Below are positions 45,546-55,362 of a stretch of DNA of 64,000 nucleotides, one piece after another. The stretch is from Minisyncoccota bacterium. Lineage in GTDB: Bacteria > Patescibacteriota > Minisyncoccia > Phycocordibacterales > UBA918. Each line of letters begins with the position of its first letter. Position 1 is the first letter of the stretch. The position numbers and the translations under genes are program-made. Below the pieces are notes generated by a model, which made no database searches, had not been told where the DNA came from, and was given only the letters and a program-made list of their open reading frames with translations. The stretch is from assembly GCA_041389045.1 (NCBI GenBank), contig JAWKSQ010000003.1, forward strand, positions 105,598 through 169,597. The letters are read 5' to 3'.

Positions 45546-45712
45546 GAGCAATATAAAAGTCCCTTTGGGATTTTTTTATATTGCTCCTGGAACAAGCAAA
45601 CAATTTTGCTTGTGTGTAGGGTCAAAAGATGGAGTATATCGCACGAGCGAAGCGAAGTACGATACGACATCTGTAAGCCCATGTAATGGGAGAAATTCCT
45701 ACCCACGAAGAA
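45546..45712 (+). repeat. Repeat E2 (second copy of E1, tRNA-like parts more decayed)
   Basis: It aligns with 44197-44368. The differences concentrate in gtagggtcaaaag and cctacccacgaag. Confidence 0.8.
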
Positions 45713-45715
45713 ATA

Positions 45716-45752
45716 TTGACAAGGCCATTATACATTGTATAATGGCCTTGTC
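45716..45752 (+). promoter_or_regulatory. Consensus promoter TTGACA-16-TATAAT inside a perfect 15-bp-arm palindrome
   Basis: gacaaggccattata-cattg-tataatggccttgtc at 45718-45752. Confidence 0.65.
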
Positions 45753-46476
45753 TGTTCAAGATTAACGTTCTTTGGAGGAAGAGAATGATTGATACACCGG
45801 AAAAGATCAGGAATACCTCTTTGTTACCGAACCGGCCAAACCCGAAGAACCGAAAGAGGTTCGCATCCACCCTCTGTCTGTAGTTGCTACAAGCACGAGA
45901 AGTTGATTTTGGTCTTTGAGAGGGCTAGAAAGGAGCTTCCCTGCTTGGAAGCACAGTGGAGCAACTCGAATGCTGTGCTGTTACTGCAATGCTCACTCAT
46001 CGTCCTGAAGTTGTAGCTTGCTACAAACAGCAGGACATGGCCGAGCAGAAGCTGGCCCAGATCAAGGCTCATACCCCGTTCATTGCAAAGGCTTGCCACT
46101 ACATTCGCGCTTTCGAGTGATGAATGACCTATCTACAACTGAAAGAGTAACCTATGGACAAAACACCTGGGTCGTACCTGGACAGTATCCGACCAAACCT
46201 TCTTGGAGGCCATAAAGCTGGAAAGGAGGGACCGAGGAAGCCCATGCTTCACTCTAAAGAAAGGTTACTTTACTCCACCCCGCTCGACCATGGAACCTAG
46301 GTTTTCAAAGACAGAGGTATGGGAAGGGTGATTTACGCCATTCTCGATAAGTTCGGTGATTTGATCGTAGAGGCACGTCGAGAAGTTGCCGCATATCGTT
46401 TGCGGTAAACGACTATAAGGGGCTTTAGCTTCAAGAGCAAGCTAACACAGACCGTCACACCAAGTGGAAGAAAGGA

Positions 46477-46520
46477 CCGTCGTCCCCACTTCCCCCACTT
46501 CGGTGCGGCGGTTTTCTTTT
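46477..46520 (+). terminator. Terminator of cassette B
   Basis: ccgtcg pairs with cggcgg (one G-U pair), then ttttcttttt. Confidence 0.45.
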
Positions 46521-46561
46521 TATATACTCACACAAGTTCGAACATCCTTAACCTATCGGAG

Positions 46562-46929
46562 TAAATATTGACAAAGCCAGTATGTATGACAAACTGTCTT
46601 TGTTCTGTTCACACCTAAAGGGAGATTATCTTGAGTACCTTAGAAAAAACTTTGAAGTGCACTTCATATGCGGATGGGAGGGTCGACGAGTCATCGAGAC
46701 CCTGAAGCCAAAATCCGATAAAAAGCATTCTTACACTTGGTAGGAACCCGGCCTGCAGGGATCAAAATGCCCCAATGCCAATCTGATACGACACCCAGCA
46801 CCAAGCAATTGGTGTCGTGACAACCACCGCCACACTACTAGTGAGACGAGAAAGCTAACGCTTCGTCTCACGGGGTGGCGGCTTTTTCATTTACATAAAA
46901 AGTTCGAACATCATCAAAAGTCCAGAGCA
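46562..46929 (+). mobile_element. Cassette C (shortest unit) ending at junction R3
   Basis: aaatattgacaaagcc at 46563-46578, GGGAG plus the TTG at 46631, a terminator at 46827-46890 and R3 gttcgaacatcatcaaaagtccagagca at 46902-46929. Confidence 0.35.
46827..46890 (+). terminator. Nested-hairpin terminator
   Basis: gtgagacga (46841-46849) pairs with tcgtctcac (46863-46871). This is enclosed by ccgcc/ggcgg, then ctttttcattt. Confidence 0.6.
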
Positions 46930-46975
46930 TCCAACATAAAAAGCACCCTTTAGGGTGTTTTTCTATGTTGATGCT
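46926..46975. terminator. Hairpin analogous in shape to 44192-44243 but with a different sequence
   Basis: agcatccaacataaaaagcaccc-ttta-gggtgtttttctatgttgatgct. Confidence 0.5.
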
Positions 46976-47107
46976 TTGCAGGAGAAAGAAACGGCATTGC
47001 TTTCGTTAGGATTAGACTCATCTGATATCCTCTCAGAGGATATTTTCTTAAGCGGATTTATAATTTATCCATCTCGGTACGCTACCGATTTAGTTAAAAT
47101 TTTAAAT

Positions 47108-47827
47108 ATGAATAATACTTTAAACAAGTTTAGGAAACATGCAATTCTAACGGGTATTTTTTTTCTCATTACTGACGTAATAGCCATTGTCGGACTACTT
47201 TTATATCAACCATTGCTAAACAACCCAAAATTCATTACTACTTTAGATGTTAATGCCACTCAAATCCTGATTGGTACTTTTGTCTGGAGATAATTCTAGC
47301 AATTGGTATTGTCGGTACGGCACTTGCTCTATATCCAATTTTGAAAAAACAAAATCAATCACTAGCACTTGGGTACGTGATATTTAGGGCTATGGAAGCC
47401 ACAATAATTCTAATCGGGGTAGTGTGTATTCTCTCGACACTTTCACTTTCGTCTAGACTTAGCAATAGGTGGTGATGCCTCTGTTTATGAAACAATCGGT
47501 ACAGCACTAATAGCGCTCCAGAAATGGACATTCTTGTTCGGACCAAATATTATCTTGCCAATAAACGCAACGATTCTAGGATACATACTATATAAATCAA
47601 GATTAGTCCCTCGACTAATTTCTGCTCTTTATTTATTTGATGTCCCAATCCTGCTTATCTCTAGTGTATTTATACTATTTGGATTTTATGAACAGACTGC
47701 GCCATTTGCAATAATCATTGCCATGCCAGCACTAGCTTTTGAGGTTTCATTTTCTCTTTGGCTCATAATTAAAGGCTTTGACACGCAAGCTCTGACATCA
47801 CTAGAAAATAAACGTGGTTTGTATTAG
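47108..47827 (+). pseudogene. DUF4386-like membrane protein, two frame changes
   Basis: The pieces MNNTLNKFRKHAILTGIFFL, LEIILAIGIVGTALALYPILKK and the ORF 47534-47827 (FEVSFSLWLIIKGF) tile one protein. Confidence 0.55.
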
Positions 47828-48477
47828 TTATTACTAATATCTCTCATAAGGCTAAAGAACCAGAGAATCTGACTAATAACAAAAATTCCGATTCCGATGT
47901 CTGTTAGATATGGTAGTGCAGAGATAGTTCCTCCAATAAAAACTAATGCGCCTAGTATGTTTGTGACCATTGAGCTAAATCGTGCTTTATACATCGCCAG
48001 ACTCAAGAGTCCAGTAAAGACACCTCCCATCAGCTCATTGCCGCCACCAAGAGCATTGCTAATGATATCAATGGCTTGCCAAGCAAAGACTAGCTCACTA
48101 GCAGCAGTTCCGTTCATGAGAAGAGTAGTAAGTCCCATAGATATGAATCCACTAGCAATCAAAATAGTTGCCCAGATAACGCCAGTAATCAGACTTAGCA
48201 ATCCAAGAATTGGTTGTTTTTCCTTTAGTCTCAGATACAAGTATGTTGCAAGCAGAATAATTCCAAATGAAAATATAATGTATATGTGTAAAGTAGTAAT
48301 GTGGACCAGGACTGGGTTATTACCAATAATATCTATTTGTTCGCTAGCTGAAGTCGCGCTGTCGTACTGTAATAATTGTAGGTATACAAATATTCCAGCG
48401 ATGTAAGAAAAACCACCATATGCAGCACTTATAGTGGCTATTTTTTTGAAAAACAACATACAAAAAGCATACCACAT
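47824..48477 (-). CDS. Hypothetical polytopic membrane protein
   Basis: 217 aa with about six TM helices. Confidence 0.45.
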   Translation of the reverse strand: MWYAFCMLFFKKIATISAAYGGFSYIAGIFVYLQLLQYDSATSASEQIDIIGNNPVLVHITTLHIYIIFSFGIILLATYLYLRLKEKQPILGLLSLITGVIWATILIASGFISMGLTTLLMNGTAASELVFAWQAIDIISNALGGGNELMGGVFTGLLSLAMYKARFSSMVTNILGALVFIGGTISALPYLTDIGIGIFVISQILWFFSLMRDISNN

Positions 48478-48568
48478 TGATTATTGATCAATCTAGTTCG
48501 TATTGAATATTTTTCTAGTTAACATTTCTTAACTAATCTGGCATAGAGTTATTTGTTATACTGTTTTA

Positions 48569-48757
48569 ATGAATTTTTTAAAAAGATTTTACACCTGGGA
48601 AAAGAAACAAATGAAAAATCCAGAAACTGTACTCAGTGTTTGGATCACTTTCGGTGTTTTACTAGGTATAGGAATTGATAATGTTGGTGCGGGTATAGCT
48701 ATAGGTGTTGCTATCGGAATTGCCCTGTATACAAATGTTAAAAACAATAATAAGTAA
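48569..48757 (+). CDS. Small membrane protein
   Basis: 62 aa with one Gly/Ile-rich hydrophobic stretch. Confidence 0.3.
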   Translation: MNFLKRFYTWEKKQMKNPETVLSVWITFGVLLGIGIDNVGAGIAIGVAIGIALYTNVKNNNK

Positions 48758-48763
48758 TAAATC

Positions 48764-49667
48764 ATGAAAGCAGTTATTGCCAACGGTTATGGTGCCCCAG
48801 AAGTTTTAAGTGTCAAAGAAGTTGACAGACCAAAACCTAAAAGTAACGAAATATTAATTAAAGTGACGGCGTCTTCACTCAACTCCGGTGATGTCCGCAT
48901 GCGCGCACTAGATGGAGGTGACGGTATTAAAGGTTTTATAGCCAAGATTGTCATCCGCTTGTTAGTAGGTATAACAAAACCAAAACGTATTCCCGGGAGT
49001 GTTTTAGCAGGAGATTGTCGAGGTTGGTGAGAGTGTAACTCGCTTTAAAGTTGGTGATGAAGTCTATGCCATGGCCGGCTTTAAGTTTGGTGCTTTTGCA
49101 GAATACTGCGTGTTACCCGAGACTGGCACAATTGCCCTAAAACCTAAGACCGCAAGCTTTGAGGAAGCGAGCACTCTGCCGTTTGGTGGCACCACCGCAC
49201 TTTATTTTTTACGGAAAGCTGGCACGAAACCTGGTAAGAAGGTGCTTATCTATGGATCGACTGGTGCCGTTGGTACTTCAGCCGTACAAGTTGCCAAGTA
49301 TCTTGGTGCAGAAGTAATCGCTGTCAGTGGTCCAGATGGCATCAAACTAACAACCAGATTGGGCGCTTCAAAAGTCTACAACTACAAAGAAACTACTCTG
49401 GAAAATATTACAGAAACATTTGATGTTATCTTTGATGCGGTGGGTAAAATATCTAAGAACGAAGCAATCCACTTACTAGCTGACAATGGTCAATATGTGA
49501 CAGTGGCCGGCTTAGATGTAGCCAAGGAAGGATCAGAGGGTCTGGAAGAACTGGCTCGTATGTATGATGAAGGCAAGTTAGTGGCCGTCATTGATAAAAC
49601 TTTCCCCTTGGACCAAATTGTTGAAGCAAATCACTATGTCGATTCGGGTCGAAAAAAGGTAGCGTAG
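48764..49667 (+). pseudogene. Zinc-type alcohol dehydrogenase / quinone oxidoreductase family (MDR), one frame change
   Basis: ORF 48764-49030 and ORF 49071-49667 join near 49008-49013 (LAG / EIVEVGESVTRFKVGDEV). The Rossmann motif YGSTGAVG is present. Confidence 0.7.
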
Positions 49668-49775
49668 TCATCAGCATTTAGTTTTAATAGTTTAATATTT
49701 GATATCGACTATTTCCTTGTCTTAACATTGAGTCGAGGCCATTCTTTTCAAGATTTATATAGAGAAATGAATGTT

Positions 49776-50250
49776 TTAATTTAGGTAACTATCAAAATAA
49801 ATAGCGTGACAGGTATAGCCACCAGGGTGTTTTTCTAGATAATCCTGATGATAATCTTCTGCTGGCCAAAACCTTTCAAAAGGCTCCAGTGTCGTTACCA
49901 CCCTATCTTCCCATCGTCCTGACTCGTCAACGATCTCAATCATTTCTTCAGCCACAGCTTTTTCCTGCTTCATCTTGGAAAAATATTGCCGAACGATAAG
50001 AAGTACCCTTATCATTACCTGCTGATTTAAAGTGGTGGGGTTATGAATTTGAAAGAAGAAATCGAGAATATGCTTATAGTCAATTACGTCCGTCTCATAC
50101 CAATCTCAGTGCCTCGGCGTGACCCGAATGATTTTCGTAAGTAGGATTATCATTCTTTCCTCCGGTATACCCAGCCTCAGTCGTAACTAATCGGGCAAAT
50201 TTCTAAACAAATCTTCCAAACCCCAAAACATCCACCGGCTAAATAAGCTT
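49776..50250 (-). pseudogene. msrA: Peptide-methionine (S)-S-oxide reductase, several frame changes
   Basis: The ATG at 50250 opens MTKKAYLAGGCF. Shifted frames give WGLEDLF, EAGYTGGKNDNPTYENHSGHAEALRLV, YETDVIDYKHILDFFFQIHNPTTLNQQ and the ORF 50015-49776 (FWPAEDYHQDYL). Confidence 0.75.
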
Positions 50251-50289
50251 TCTTTGTCATATGGTATTACTATAGCAAATGTTTAAATC

Positions 50290-51235
50290 TGGTTGAAAAT
50301 AATCTTTTCTCCATAAGAATTAATCACTATTGAGAAATCTTTATAGTATGATTTGATTCTCTGGCCTCAAAGACGCAGGTTTGTTCCCCACAACTACCCA
50401 GGAAAATCATGTCCCAACAGAAAAAGGCCCGCGGGGCCGACTGACTTTCAGCTTCGTAACCAGATCCGTATATGACGCCCTTTTGGTCATGCAGACTCAC
50501 GGCCACCACCGCACTGGCTTTGGCGGTCGACAGCGACGTTACATTCACTTTTCCAAGACTGGCGATGGCGAGATCAGTATTTGCCGTTCCGACGGACCAC
50601 ACATTTGGAACTACGATCGGAACGCCTTTATCAACAAGGCCGTCAGGTGCTACCTGGAATTGATCGCACGGTCACGGTGGAACCTGGCGCCGGACTCGAC
50701 TACATCCCTGCTTACGAGCAGATGATGACGAAACTGAACAATCCCAGATTTGCCCTCAAGACGTTGGAAAACCTGGGTCATTTCCTGCGCCGACAAAGGT
50801 TTATCAGTTGAACGCGCTGGCCGAAATGGCCAAGGACGATCGACCGGAAACGCCGGCGACAATCATCGAGCTGTGCGCTCCTGAGCAGAATCTGCTATTG
50901 GGCAAAACGGATGAGTCTCCTGGTGAACTTCATTCAGAAGATGTCTCAAAGCGACCGCTACTCCAAACCATCGACACTGTCAGGTCTTCTGGAGGCGCTG
51001 TTCATGAGCGGCTAGCGATTCCGATGAAGACGGCTTCGACGCATTCGGAAGCTTTGCAGACATGCTTCGTCAACAGACTAAGCGATCGGATCGGCCCTGG
51101 CCACATGACCAACGGCGTCGTGAAGGCGCACGTCTTCTGATAAACCCTTTGACGGCGTTAGATAACGCCGCAAACCCACCGCAAATGTGTGTGAGAATTA
51201 CTCGACTAGCATAGTGGTAGGTTTTTCTTTATATA
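50290..51235 (+). mobile_element. Cassette F: GC-rich insert between msrA and pspC
   Basis: Hand counts give 63% GC for 50641-50700 and 47% for 50881-50940. The plus-strand reading from the ATG at 50409 to the TGA at 51140 needs frame changes. The tail gtggtaggtttttctttatatat overlaps the pspC stop codon. Confidence 0.35.
51175..51230 (+). terminator. Candidate terminator of cassette F
   Basis: cccaccgc (51175-51182) pairs imperfectly with gtggtagg (51214-51221), then tttttcttt. Confidence 0.3.
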
Positions 51236-52348
51236 TTAAAACTCTAAAGACAATGAATTTGAGTGTTTATCCATATTTTCAATTTGATGGATAAAAGTCG
51301 GAGCATATAGGGCACCGAAGGCTCCGGCTAGACTGAGAGCAGTTACCCAAATAATTGTTAAGGTTAAGGCTTTAGCCAGAGTGAAGAGATTTTTACGAAC
51401 CAAAAGACTAGCTCCAGCCATAACCATAGCCACTAATGGGATAAAGATACTTACTAATAGAGCCAGAATAAATACGTACCCAGTCGTGTCCGACAAAGCA
51501 GTATCAACTACGTTTTGAAATCGTTGGTCAATTAGGTCGCTGTCCGCCACCCATAAAACACTTGAAGCGGTAACTAATCCAGCTATTCCGATTGAGGCTA
51601 CTGCAATGAACACCACACCGAAAATGACTCTAAAAACTTTTAGTACCCAATTGGTCAAAAGCCCGATGAAAGAAAAGAATTTGGAAAGAAATGACCTAAC
51701 TTTACCCCAGCTACTTTTGGCATTATCGGTTAATTCTGCGGTATCAACTTCATTTAACTTTTTTTTTACTCGATCAGTTATTTGTGAGAGCGTTACTTTT
51801 TCACCACGCATGGCGAATTTTTGATCGGTTGTTTCTGCTACCGGTACCACTAGCCAAAGAATTAAGTACGCCAGAAGACCAAGACCGTTAAAGAAAAAGG
51901 CAATAACAAATATAAGTCGTATAACTACTGGATCCATTTCAAAATACTGTGCCAAGCCAGAAGCTACACCAGCTAGAATAGAAGCGTCTTTATCACGATA
52001 CAAACGCTTTTTAGAGACACTCGCATCATCAGTAGAGGTTGCTTGGGTTGTTTCTGTAGCTGAAGCAGTAGACGCAGTTTCACTCACGTCACCGAAATCA
52101 GCTGGATTACCCATATCCTTAATAACTGTTTCCACATCACTAACCGTCACCGCCTTTTTTAGACCGCGATTACGAGCAGTAAATTTTTCGGCAATGGCTC
52201 TCTCAATATCTTCCATCACCTCTATATAATCTTCTGTCTCAGTCAAGTGAGCCTTGATGGATTCTAGGTATAGATGCAATGCGGTATAAGCATCTTCTTC
52301 TATCCCAAACACCACATCGCCGAGAGTGACACTAATTACTTTTTTCAT
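51236..52348 (-). CDS. PspC-domain membrane protein
   Basis: LYRDKDASILAGVASGLAQYFEMDPVVIRLIFV is a PspC domain. Multiple C-terminal TM helices follow. Confidence 0.75.
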   Translation of the reverse strand: MKKVISVTLGDVVFGIEEDAYTALHLYLESIKAHLTETEDYIEVMEDIERAIAEKFTARNRGLKKAVTVSDVETVIKDMGNPADFGDVSETASTASATETTQATSTDDASVSKKRLYRDKDASILAGVASGLAQYFEMDPVVIRLIFVIAFFFNGLGLLAYLILWLVVPVAETTDQKFAMRGEKVTLSQITDRVKKKLNEVDTAELTDNAKSSWGKVRSFLSKFFSFIGLLTNWVLKVFRVIFGVVFIAVASIGIAGLVTASSVLWVADSDLIDQRFQNVVDTALSDTTGYVFILALLVSIFIPLVAMVMAGASLLVRKNLFTLAKALTLTIIWVTALSLAGAFGALYAPTFIHQIENMDKHSNSLSLEF

Positions 52349-52697
52349 AATGTTTTATTAACGTAGTAACAGATAAATCGAGAGCTTGCCATGACTTATA
52401 GAGCGCTGACAAGACCGTCTGTCCTTCTTTGGTGATTTTATAATATTTACGGGGCGGGCCGGATTTACTCTCCTTCCAATCGTACTCAACCAGTCCATAC
52501 CTTTTGAGACGAGAGAGTAGTGGATAAAGAGTCCCTTCTACTACCAGCAGGTTTACTTTTTTTAATTGTTTCAAGATATCCGACGCATAGGCCGGTTCTG
52601 CCCCTATAATAAGTAAGACCGGAAACTCAAGAAAACCTTTTCGCATTTGCGATTCAGTGTTTTCGATATTAAACTTTCCTCTCTGTTTATCCTGCAT
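52332..52697 (-). CDS. PadR-family transcriptional regulator
   Basis: Contains GTLYPLLSRLKRYGLVEYDWKES..PPRKYYKITKEG. It overlaps the pspC-domain gene. Confidence 0.8.
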   Translation of the reverse strand: MQDKQRGKFNIENTESQMRKGFLEFPVLLIIGAEPAYASDILKQLKKVNLLVVEGTLYPLLSRLKRYGLVEYDWKESKSGPPRKYYKITKEGQTVLSALYKSWQALDLSVTTLIKHYEKSN

Positions 52698-52789
52698 ATC
52701 TATAATTTAGCATAGAGTACTATGTTATGCAAGGTACCTTATCTAAATTACTTTAAATATTCGTTGGTTAAATTTGTTATACTCAAAGA

Positions 52790-53185
52790 ATGCAAACATA
52801 TAATTGGTATCAAACATTAATCAAGCCTGAGTGGGCCCCACCAGCTTGGTTGTTTGGACCTGTCTGGAGCGTCCTTTACACCATAATCGCAGTTTCTTTT
52901 GGCTATGTATTTTACCAGTACTATAAAGGTAACCTTCCATTCTTAGTGACACTACCTTTTATTCTTAACTTGGTATTTAATTTCGCCTTCACTCCCCTAC
53001 AGTTTGGTTTACAAAATAATCTACTGGCTGCGATAGACATTATCCTGGTCCTGGGAACTTTAGTTTGGGCGATGTACGCTATCTACAATTTTTTCCCTTG
53101 GGTGGTTTTTGTTAATATTCCTTACCTACTCTGGGTGTCTTTTGCCACAATTCTACAACTAACTATCACTTACTTAAATTTTTAA
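52790..53185 (+). CDS. tspO: TspO/MBR-family tryptophan-rich sensory protein (short)
   Basis: Contains WYQTLIKPEWAPPAWLFGPVWSVLY and has five TM helices. Confidence 0.75.
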   Translation: MQTYNWYQTLIKPEWAPPAWLFGPVWSVLYTIIAVSFGYVFYQYYKGNLPFLVTLPFILNLVFNFAFTPLQFGLQNNLLAAIDIILVLGTLVWAMYAIYNFFPWVVFVNIPYLLWVSFATILQLTITYLNF

Positions 53186-53186
53186 T

Positions 53187-53594
53187 ATGACACTCATACA
53201 ATATGTATATCTCTACCTACTAACCATACCAATCTTTGCTTTATTTGATATCGCATGGCTTGGTTTCATTGCCAGGGACTTTTACCAGGACCGCTTAGCG
53301 CATTTACTAGGTCCAGTGCATTGGCCAGCAGCGATTATCTTTTATCTTATATTTATTGCCGGTATTTTGATTTTTGCCGTGGCACCAGCTTTAGACTCCA
53401 ACTCACTTAGTAAAGCAATTGTCCTGGGAGTACTATTTGGCTTCTTTACTTACGCTACTTATGATTTGACTAACTTAGCCACCTTAAAAGATTGGCCGGT
53501 TTTAGTTGTAATTGTCGATATTATGTGGGGTGCGTTTATTTCTGGTAGTGTAGCTACTATCAGTTACTTAATCGGTAAAGCACTTTTTCTCTAA
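53187..53594 (+). CDS. DUF2177-like membrane protein
   Basis: 135 aa with four TM helices and a DIAWLGFIARDFYQ N-terminal motif. Confidence 0.45.
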   Translation: MTLIQYVYLYLLTIPIFALFDIAWLGFIARDFYQDRLAHLLGPVHWPAAIIFYLIFIAGILIFAVAPALDSNSLSKAIVLGVLFGFFTYATYDLTNLATLKDWPVLVVIVDIMWGAFISGSVATISYLIGKALFL

Positions 53595-53612
53595 CCTTCT
53601 ACCTGCAATCAT

Positions 53613-54116
53613 ATGAAAAAGATTGTTGTAGAAAATAAAATGCAATCTGGTTACTCTTATGTTAGAACTGAAAAAGTCGGCCAAAACTTTGATCCTGAAT
53701 TCAAACCCCATCTTACTCCCAAGGAGATGCTCGAACTTGGCGTCTTTGGCGGACTTTACTTTAGCGATAAACCCAAAGAGTATCCAGCGAACTGGTTTAA
53801 ACGGGCCAAGTTATCGACAGACGGCAAAAGACATAAGGAATTAAACTTCTACGGCGTAAACGCTAGTCAACCGCTGTCAGTCTGGCAGACTAAAGGTTGG
53901 ATACACCAGGATGACCCGCGCGGCTGGTTTGAATGGTATTGCCGTTATTATCTTGGCCGTAGACATGAAGACGACGCTAGACAAATCAAACGTTGGAAAG
54001 CCATCACTCGTCATGCCTCCCAAATAAAACACAACTGCCGAGCCGGTGACCAGAATTGTCGCCCGAGGCAAAGACAGGCTGTCTTGCACTGGGCCTATGA
54101 CCCTAGAAACCTTTAA
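53613..54116 (+). CDS. Conserved hypothetical protein
   Basis: 167-aa Trp/Arg-rich ORF (GWFEWYCRYYLGRR). Family not recognised. Confidence 0.45.
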   Translation: MKKIVVENKMQSGYSYVRTEKVGQNFDPEFKPHLTPKEMLELGVFGGLYFSDKPKEYPANWFKRAKLSTDGKRHKELNFYGVNASQPLSVWQTKGWIHQDDPRGWFEWYCRYYLGRRHEDDARQIKRWKAITRHASQIKHNCRAGDQNCRPRQRQAVLHWAYDPRNL

Positions 54117-54117
54117 A

Positions 54118-54543
54118 CTATTTTCTTACCTTAAGATGCTGACTAATAATGACTTCGCCACTGCCGGTAGCCTGCATTGAGGTATAAAGATCGTTATTCT
54201 CGCCTTGAATGATTTGATAACCAGCTACATTTTTATCACTTTTAATTGACCAACCACCACCGCTAAGTGCTTCACGATACCAGTCGTTAATTTCCTTCAC
54301 ACTATCTGTAGACGCCAGTGTAATCGATACATCACGACTATCTTCCCCATCAGTGTCTCGTACACTACGGACTTCACTGTTTGGGTAAGTTGGAAAATCT
54401 GGTAAGTCCGTAGGTATACTAAGAACAACCGCCTCCTCCCCATTTTTAGCAATACTATTATCTTCCTTTGATCCTCCGAGCAAGGCCACGGTTAGTAACA
54501 AACCTCCAAATGCCACTGCTCCGATTAAAACAGATTTTTTCAT
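54118..54543 (-). CDS. Hypothetical membrane-anchored/secreted protein
   Basis: 141 aa with the N-terminal signal/anchor MKKSVLIGAVAFGGLLLTVALLGG. Confidence 0.45.
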   Translation of the reverse strand: MKKSVLIGAVAFGGLLLTVALLGGSKEDNSIAKNGEEAVVLSIPTDLPDFPTYPNSEVRSVRDTDGEDSRDVSITLASTDSVKEINDWYREALSGGGWSIKSDKNVAGYQIIQGENNDLYTSMQATGSGEVIISQHLKVRK

Positions 54544-54601
54544 ATGAATTTATTATATAACGATAGTTTTTATCGGTCTAACTTTCTTCCTCTAAGAATA
54601 A

Positions 54602-55354
54602 TCAGGGACGTACAATCTCGGTAATTTTATCTTCAAGCGCATAGAAAGTTTTAGTGCGATGTTTGCGCGGACGAGCAAGTTTGTTTTCAATAATTTTCTC
54701 AATAGTGGCCGGACGTGGTGTAACGATAGCAATCCTATCTGCCATCTCAACCGCCTCAGAAACTAGATGGGTCACCAGGATAATGGTAATACCCTTCTCC
54801 TCCCAGATACGTAACAACTCCTTACGTAGTTCACTCGCAATGAACGAATCAAGGCCAGAAAAAGGTTCATCCATAAAGATGACTTTCGGGTCAGTCACTA
54901 AAGCTCTGGCAATACCCACTCTTTGTTTCATTCCTCCAGAAAGTTCCTTGGGATAGGAATCTAAAAATTTATCTAAGCCCAGTTCCTTTGCCTCTTTAAG
55001 GACTTTCTTTTTTATCACTGCCTCTGATTCGTTACGTGACAAAAGACCTAGAGCGATATTGTCGTAAACCGTTAGCCACGGGAAGAGAGCAAATTGCTGA
55101 AAGACAAAGCTCATATCGTCGGTCGTCAGTTCACTGTGCGTTTCCATGCTACCGGTATAACCTTTTTCAATCCCACTCATCACGCGTAAAAGTGTAGATT
55201 TACCCGAACCAGACGGTCCAAGGAAGACAAAAAATTCACCCTGCTTGATATCAACAGTGACTTGGTTGAGTACTTTTAGAGTTTGCCGACGAAAGTTTAG
55301 CTTGAACTCAAGACTGCATTTAGTTAATTTTATATAGGAAGTTTTCTTCGTCAT
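54602..55354 (-). CDS. ABC transporter ATP-binding protein (nitrate/sulfonate/taurine type)
   Basis: Motifs [19 protein letters not shown] and IFMDEPFSGLD. Confidence 0.85.
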   Translation of the reverse strand: MTKKTSYIKLTKCSLEFKLNFRRQTLKVLNQVTVDIKQGEFFVFLGPSGSGKSTLLRVMSGIEKGYTGSMETHSELTTDDMSFVFQQFALFPWLTVYDNIALGLLSRNESEAVIKKKVLKEAKELGLDKFLDSYPKELSGGMKQRVGIARALVTDPKVIFMDEPFSGLDSFIASELRKELLRIWEEKGITIILVTHLVSEAVEMADRIAIVTPRPATIEKIIENKLARPRKHRTKTFYALEDKITEIVRP

Positions 55355-55362
55355 ATTTATAT

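Larger units (their letters stand above)
44369..45550 (+). mobile_element. Cassette A (GC-rich, two transcription units) bounded by tRNA-3'-end-like sequences
   Basis: A hand count of 45121-45180 gives 52% GC. Two promoter/terminator pairs are present. It ends at junction R1, gttcgaacatcattcacccagcggagca (45523-45550). Confidence 0.4.
45713..46561 (+). mobile_element. Cassette B (GC-rich, several short ORFs) ending at junction R2
   Basis: A consensus promoter, GGAGG plus the ATG at 45785, and a TGATG stop-start overlap at 46118-46122. A terminator lies at 46477-46520 and R2 gttcgaacatccttaacctatcggag at 46536-46561. Confidence 0.4.
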
